A stretch of 64,000 nucleotides of DNA. Source: an uncultured delta proteobacterium. Its GTDB lineage: Bacteria; Desulfobacterota; Binatia; HRBIN30; BPIQ01. This document shows, piece after piece, positions 59,446 to 64,000 of the stretch (position 1 is its first letter; each line of letters begins with the position of its first letter). Under the pieces are notes generated by a model. It did no database searches. It was not told the DNA's origin and worked only from the letters and a program-made list of their open reading frames with translations. The translations under genes were made by a program, and so were the position numbers. The stretch covers positions 64,001 to 128,000 of the forward strand of contig CAVXGR010000004.1 in the NCBI GenBank assembly GCA_963761335.1, written 5' to 3'.

Positions 59446-60137
59446 TCACGGGAAGGCGAACAGCGAGCCCTGGAGGATCGGCGTGACGAAGGCGGCCTGG
59501 TCGAGAGTCAGATACATCCCGCGGGGCCCTCGGCTGCTTCGACGCTGTTCTCTTGCGTGTTCTTCTGACCAGAAGAATACGGACTTCCGTCAGAAGGCGT
59601 GGATGATGCTCGGGTCCTTGCAGCTTCTCGAAGTCCACCAGTGGAACGAAGATCAGCGGCTCGCGCCTCTTCGGGGACGACGGTGTAACGCAGCTCACTG
59701 TCGATCTCGATCGCAGCGGGCGCGCGCAGTGCGCGCACTCGCGTGTTCGATGGTGACCGTCAACCGGCTCTTCGTCTGAGGTGCCCTTGCACGAAGGGCA
59801 TGGCGAAGGTGTCGATCGCTCAGGGCGAGTACGCTTCCTCGCCGGTGCTGAAGATGGGCGCGGTGCGGCGTCGCTTCCACGGTCACCGGATAGGCCCAGG
59901 TGACTTCGCCGCGTCTCGATTCGGAACAGGAAGGTGAGGTGCTGCTCGAGCTCTCGAGAATGGCGCGACCGAGGCAGTGCGAGATCGAGCGCCGCCGCGA
60001 TCGCTCGAGCGACAGCGGCCCGCCAACGCGAGGCAGCTCACGCACGGCGAAGTCGCGCACGCGATGGTGATCTTCCGACATGAACCGAGGCCTGCGTGAT
60101 CTTGCGGCCATTGCCGAAGCATACGCGCCACTGTCAT
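59446..60137 (-). CDS. MerB (organomercurial lyase)-like putative selenoprotein with two in-frame UGA codons; frameshifted in this sequence
   Basis: Stitched: FMSEDHHRVRDFAVRELP..GEVTWAYPVTVEATPH..STGEEAYSP[TGA 59822-59820]AIDTFAMPF..ECAHCARP..PLIFVP..PSIIHAF[TGA 59592-59590]RKSVFFWSEEHA..YLTLDQA..FAFP*. Start approximate. Confidence 0.75.
59556..59581 (-). promoter_or_regulatory. Candidate SECIS hairpin for the second UGA
   Basis: CGU-A-UUCUUCU-GGUC-AGAAGAA-C-ACG; loop begins 19 nt after the UGA. Confidence 0.75.
59782..59800 (-). promoter_or_regulatory. Candidate SECIS hairpin for the first UGA
   Basis: UGCCCUU-CGUGC-AAGGGCA; loop begins 26 nt after the UGA. Confidence 0.65.
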
Positions 60138-60425
60138 TGATGCGGATCGGAACATGAACGACAAGGAGCGCAACGCGTCGTGATGCGTGCTATACTCTGG
60201 CTCGATGACGGACTCAATGATGCGCCTTGCTCTGCGTAGACGAGGCGTCTCGCCTCGTCAGGGGAGACGCCGAGGCACCGCGGTTGCTTGAGCCGTTCGC
60301 CCGCCCCCCGAAAGCGGCGAGACGCCGAGACGCCGCTTCTACTTTGCCGCCGCGGCCACTTGAATCTCGGCGCAGCGAGAGGCGCTGCGTTTACAATATG
60401 GGGGGCTCTCTGGTAGAGACATCGC

Positions 60426-60700
60426 ATGCAGCGATCTTTTGTCTCGACACGGTCTTCGCGTCGCTCATGCGCGCATCATCCACGAGAGCGTCGAGGCGGA
60501 GGACGCTCTGCTGATCGACCTCGACGCGGCGTCTACTACAACCTGCGGGGCGTCGCTGCGACATCTGGAAGAGCGCTGTCTTGGGCTTGTCCCTGATGCG
60601 ATTGGGTGAGTGAGAAGGTATGGCTGAGAGGAAGAGGTGGGAAGTGTGCGTTGGGAGGTGCTGATGAGAAGGGCTTATGGTGTGCGAAAGGCGAACTGCG
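60426..60700 (+). pseudogene. PqqD-family (RiPP recognition element-like) protein, heavily frameshifted
   Basis: Fragments RIIHESVEAE / LLIDLD / GVYYNLRGVA / DIWK; end uncertain. Confidence 0.6.
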
Positions 60701-60799
60701 GCTTGCGTGCACAGGCGGGTACACTTGGCGAATGGAGCGCACACGATTGAAGGTTGCTGCGCGCGATGATCTGCGAGGTAGCGAGCGGCTTAGGGTGGT

Positions 60800-61888
60800 G
60801 GCTCTGTGCGCTAGAACGCGAGATAGAGGCTACTTCGTGCGCTCGCGCGCGCTTCGGAAGGCGGCCGGCGGCGGCGAAGCGGTGCGCCGGCTGTCGTGCC
60901 GCATCGCCGGCCAGAACGTGGTGCTGCGCTGCGCGGGCACCGGCCTGGCGGTGTTCCTGCTGCCGGCGCTGCAACACCTCTCCGCGGGCGCTGATCGGTC
61001 GCCGTTGCTCGAGGTCGACGCCTTCGAGGACCGCGCAGGAGGGGAGGCCGCGCCAATTCCGGGTCCGTTGCTCGCCGCGGCGGCGCGCGCGGCCGCTCCG
61101 GCTCCGGGGACAGCCTCGCCGGTGTACACCTACGCCGGCCGGCGCTACCGCGCCACCTGGTTCACGGCGACCTCCCACACCGAGGTCACCCTGCTCGACG
61201 TGGACGGCTGTACTGTCCGTTGCGATCTTTTCAAGCGCCGCGGCCGGTTTGCCCTCGCTCCCCGCCTCCGCGCCCCTGCGCTCGCTCTTCGCTCTGTGGT
61301 TCGAGCATCAATCATGACTCTGGTCACGGGCCGCCTGGGCACCGCGGCAAGGCCTTCTGATGTGCAAGAGACGCGGCGGCAGTCGAGACGAGTCCAATCG
61401 CATGCATGGGCAGCGGCCTGTGCTGCGCCGGGGACGACTCGCTCCTGGTCGATCAGGGCGAGCGCGGTGCCCGCGTCCATTCGATCTACTGCTCCGGGTC
61501 GGTGGCCAACGCCGACGTCGAGATTCATCCGGCGCTGCGGGAGCTGGTCCTGCGGCCGCGCCTGGATCGCCCCAAGATGCAGTTCTTCCTCGGGCGGCAT
61601 CGCGCCTGGCTCGCCGAGTCTTTCCTGGTGCGTGCCGTCCTGCTGCCGAAGCTCGTCGACGGGGCAGGCTCACGCCTGGTGCCGGCATCGCCGTCACGAG
61701 CGCTGCTGGTCCTCGGACCGAGCTCGATCAATCTCGCGGGTGGACGCCGGCGGCGCGTCTCGCCCGCATTGCTGCCCTGGCACGCGCGCTCCCTGCTCTC
61801 TCTGGAGCTCGGCCGGCGAACCGCCGAGGTGCCTGAGATCCTGCGCGGGCTCCTCGCGCAGCTGGGAGCCGCGCCGACCGCCGCCTGA
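60800..61888 (+). pseudogene. HPr-kinase-like (serine kinase) protein, frameshifted
   Basis: IAGQNVVLR..LLPALQHL, a degraded Walker A region near 61330-61355, then G..CAGDD..LV..VHSIY. Confidence 0.45.
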
Positions 61889-61901
61889 GGAAATCGAGAC
61901 C

Positions 61902-62582
61902 GTGAGCCGACCCGCCGTCAGCGTCGTTGTGCCGGCCTTCGAGCCGGGGAGTACCTCGCGGAGGCGATCGACAGCCTTCTGGCGCAGACCCGTCCCGCCC
62001 TGGAGATCATCGTCGTCGACGACGGATCGAATCCTCCGTGCAAATCGGTATGCGACGCCTGGCCGGCGGTTCGTTACGCCGTGCAGGAGCATCGCGGCCC
62101 GGCTGCGGCGCGCAATGCCGGCGTCGAGCTGAGCCGCGGCGCTTTCGTCGCCTTCCAGGACGCCGACGACCTGAGCACCCCGGACAGACTCGAAGTGCAG
62201 CTGCGCGCCCTCGAGCACGATCCCGTCCTTGGCTTCGTGCTGTCTCGCCTGGAGAACTTCCACGATGCGAACTTCGCCCTGCCGGCCTGGTTCAGCCTCG
62301 AAGCCGAGTCTCGGGATCGCATGGGATTCGCCAGCACTGCTGTCGTGCGTCGCGAGACCTGGGCGCGGGTCGGCCCCTTCGATACGGAGTACTGGATCGG
62401 CGAGGACGTCGACTGGCTGCTCCGCGCCCGGGATCTCGGCGTGAAGAGCGCCGTCTGCCCGGAGGTGCTGGTGCGCCGCCGCATCCACGACCGCAATCTC
62501 TCGCCGACGTCAGCCTCGGACACCGGACCTGGCGCGGATCCTGCGCGCCTCCCTGCGGCGACGCGCCGAGCGCGCCACCTGA
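61902..62582 (+). CDS. GT2 glycosyltransferase (frameshifted)
   Basis: VSVVVPAF, EIIVVDDGS, GPAAARNAG, FQDADD, GEDVDW, RRRIH. Confidence 0.8.
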
Positions 62583-62588
62583 AGCTCG

Positions 62589-63268
62589 ATGATCAGCGTC
62601 ATCATTCCCTTCTTCAACGCCGCGCCTTTTCTGGGCGAGGCGGTCGCCAGCGTGCTGGCGCAGCGCGGGGTCGACCTCGAGATCCTCGCCGTCGACGACG
62701 GCTCGACCGACGGCGGCACGCGGCTCGCCCGTGGCTTTGGCGAACCCGTGCGCTGCTCTCGCAGCCGCACAGCGGCACGGCGGCGGCGCTCAACCGCGGC
62801 GTCGCCGCGGCCCGCGGTGACTTTCTCGCTTTCCTCGACGCCGACGACGTCTGGGTCGAAGGCAAGCTCTCGCGGCAGCTGGTCGAGCTGGATCGCGACC
62901 CGACGCTGGACCTGGTGTTCGGCGCTCTCCAGCACTTCTACAGCCCGGTGTTCTCCGAGGCCGAGTGCCGCCAGGTGCGGTGTCCGCGGGCTCCCATGCC
63001 GGCGCCGTCGGCGGGAACCATGCTGATCCGGCGCGCTTCCTTCGAGCGCGTCGGCGCCTTCTCGCCGGCATGGCAGATCGGTGAGTTCGTCGACTGGTAT
63101 CTGCGCGCCTGCGAGGCGGGCCTCGTGCTTCGGCAGCTCCCAGACGTGGTGCTGCGGCGGCGCGTCCACGCCCGCAACAAGGGCCGCATCGAGCAGCAGG
63201 CGCAGCGCGACTACCTGCGTATCATCCGCCTGGCGCTGCAGCGCCGCTCGGGAAAGGCCGGCGCCTGA
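62589..63268 (+). CDS. GT2 glycosyltransferase (one frameshift near 62757)
   Basis: [40 protein letters not shown]. Confidence 0.82.
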
Positions 63269-63270
63269 GC

Positions 63271-64000
63271 TCACCCGGCGCGCAGCCGCGCGAGCGCGGG
63301 GTCGAAGCGAACCCGCGGGTCACTGGCGGTTACCTCGCGGAAATAGCGCAGCTGCGGCTCGATGGCGTGGACCGTCGTCCTCGCCCGGGCACCGTGGCCC
63401 CTGTATCCGGTGTAGTAGGGCTCGGTCCCGAAGGTGATGCCCGCGAGATGGAGCTGAGCGACGGGGAGGCGGCGCAGATGCTCGATGGCCACGGTCCCCG
63501 TGAACGGAGGTGTGCCGAGGAGCCCTTCGAGCTCGGTGTAGACCGGCGACACGTCGAGCGACGGTATGCCGTGCTCCAGGCAGTGCGCCTCGAGCTAGAA
63601 GCTCTAGGAATTGGCCTGCCAGCAGACGAAGCGCGTGCGCGCCAGCTCCGGCACGAATAGATCGGCGACCGGGAAGTCGCCGTTACAGCAATGATAGAGG
63701 ATGTCCATCCGCGAGCCGAGATCGGCGACCAGCCCTGCGGGCACGGGCCATTGGAAGTTCGTGCGCACGACGAGGTCGAAGCTCTCGATGGCGGCGCCGG
63801 CGCCGCCGCCGGCGATCGAGACCGAAGGGCCGACCAGCGCGACGCGCTTGCCGGCGACCAGCGAGGCGAGGGCAGCGGCCTCGCGCGCCTGCGCCTCCGC
63901 GGACCGATGCTGGCGGGCGCGCCGCAGACGCCGGAAGGGGTCGCGCGCGGGCTCGTGGAGAAACGAGGTCGTGGAGCGGGCCTCGAATTCTCCGCGCCGC
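63271..64000 (-). pseudogene. GT29/sialyltransferase-like protein, 5' part outside window, two in-frame TAG codons
   Basis: GKRVALVGPS..G.G.AIESFDLVVRTN..DLGSRMDILY, PFTGTVAI, LAGITF..YY; TAG at 63606-63604 and 63597-63595. Confidence 0.55.

Noticed and set aside
63595..63606. Pyrrolysine or amber recoding
   Set aside because: TAG is a normal stop in many genes here and there is no methyltransferase or pyl context.

Overview
High-GC bacterial chromosome segment. The gene families suggest, without proving, a Binatia/deltaproteobacteria-like lineage. Positions 1-55330 are mostly ordinary metabolic and envelope genes: MltD, a CobW-type GTPase, two secreted matrixin metalloproteases, a nucleoside ABC transporter, lipid-CoA enzymes, ferritin-like di-iron proteins, a MacAB-TolC-like exporter, coaE, riboflavin synthase, YqgE/AlgH and a GAF histidine kinase. 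Intergenic spaces carry at least five palindromic or octamer repeat families. After tRNA-Leu(CAA) at 55368-55451 lies an island-like, heavily frameshifted region with att-like signals, an IS110 fragment, a Nudix gene, PqqD-like and kinase-like genes and glycosyltransferases. Top finding, absent from the ORF track: a minus-strand MerB (organomercurial lyase)-like gene (about 59446-60137) in which both catalytic cysteine positions are in-frame TGA codons, each followed by a bacterial SECIS-like hairpin. It is a candidate two-selenocysteine organometal lyase. Also notable: an SCP2-like gene plus an active/degenerate di-iron paralogue pair, a metalloprotease with four intact fucose-binding F-type lectin domains, an apparently circularly permuted surface protein, and four sigma-54-type promoters. 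Frameshifts cluster at 22.3-24.2 kb, 26.4-27.0 kb and 56.4-63.6 kb and may be sequencing errors rather than real decay. All calls were made by eye with no database searches.
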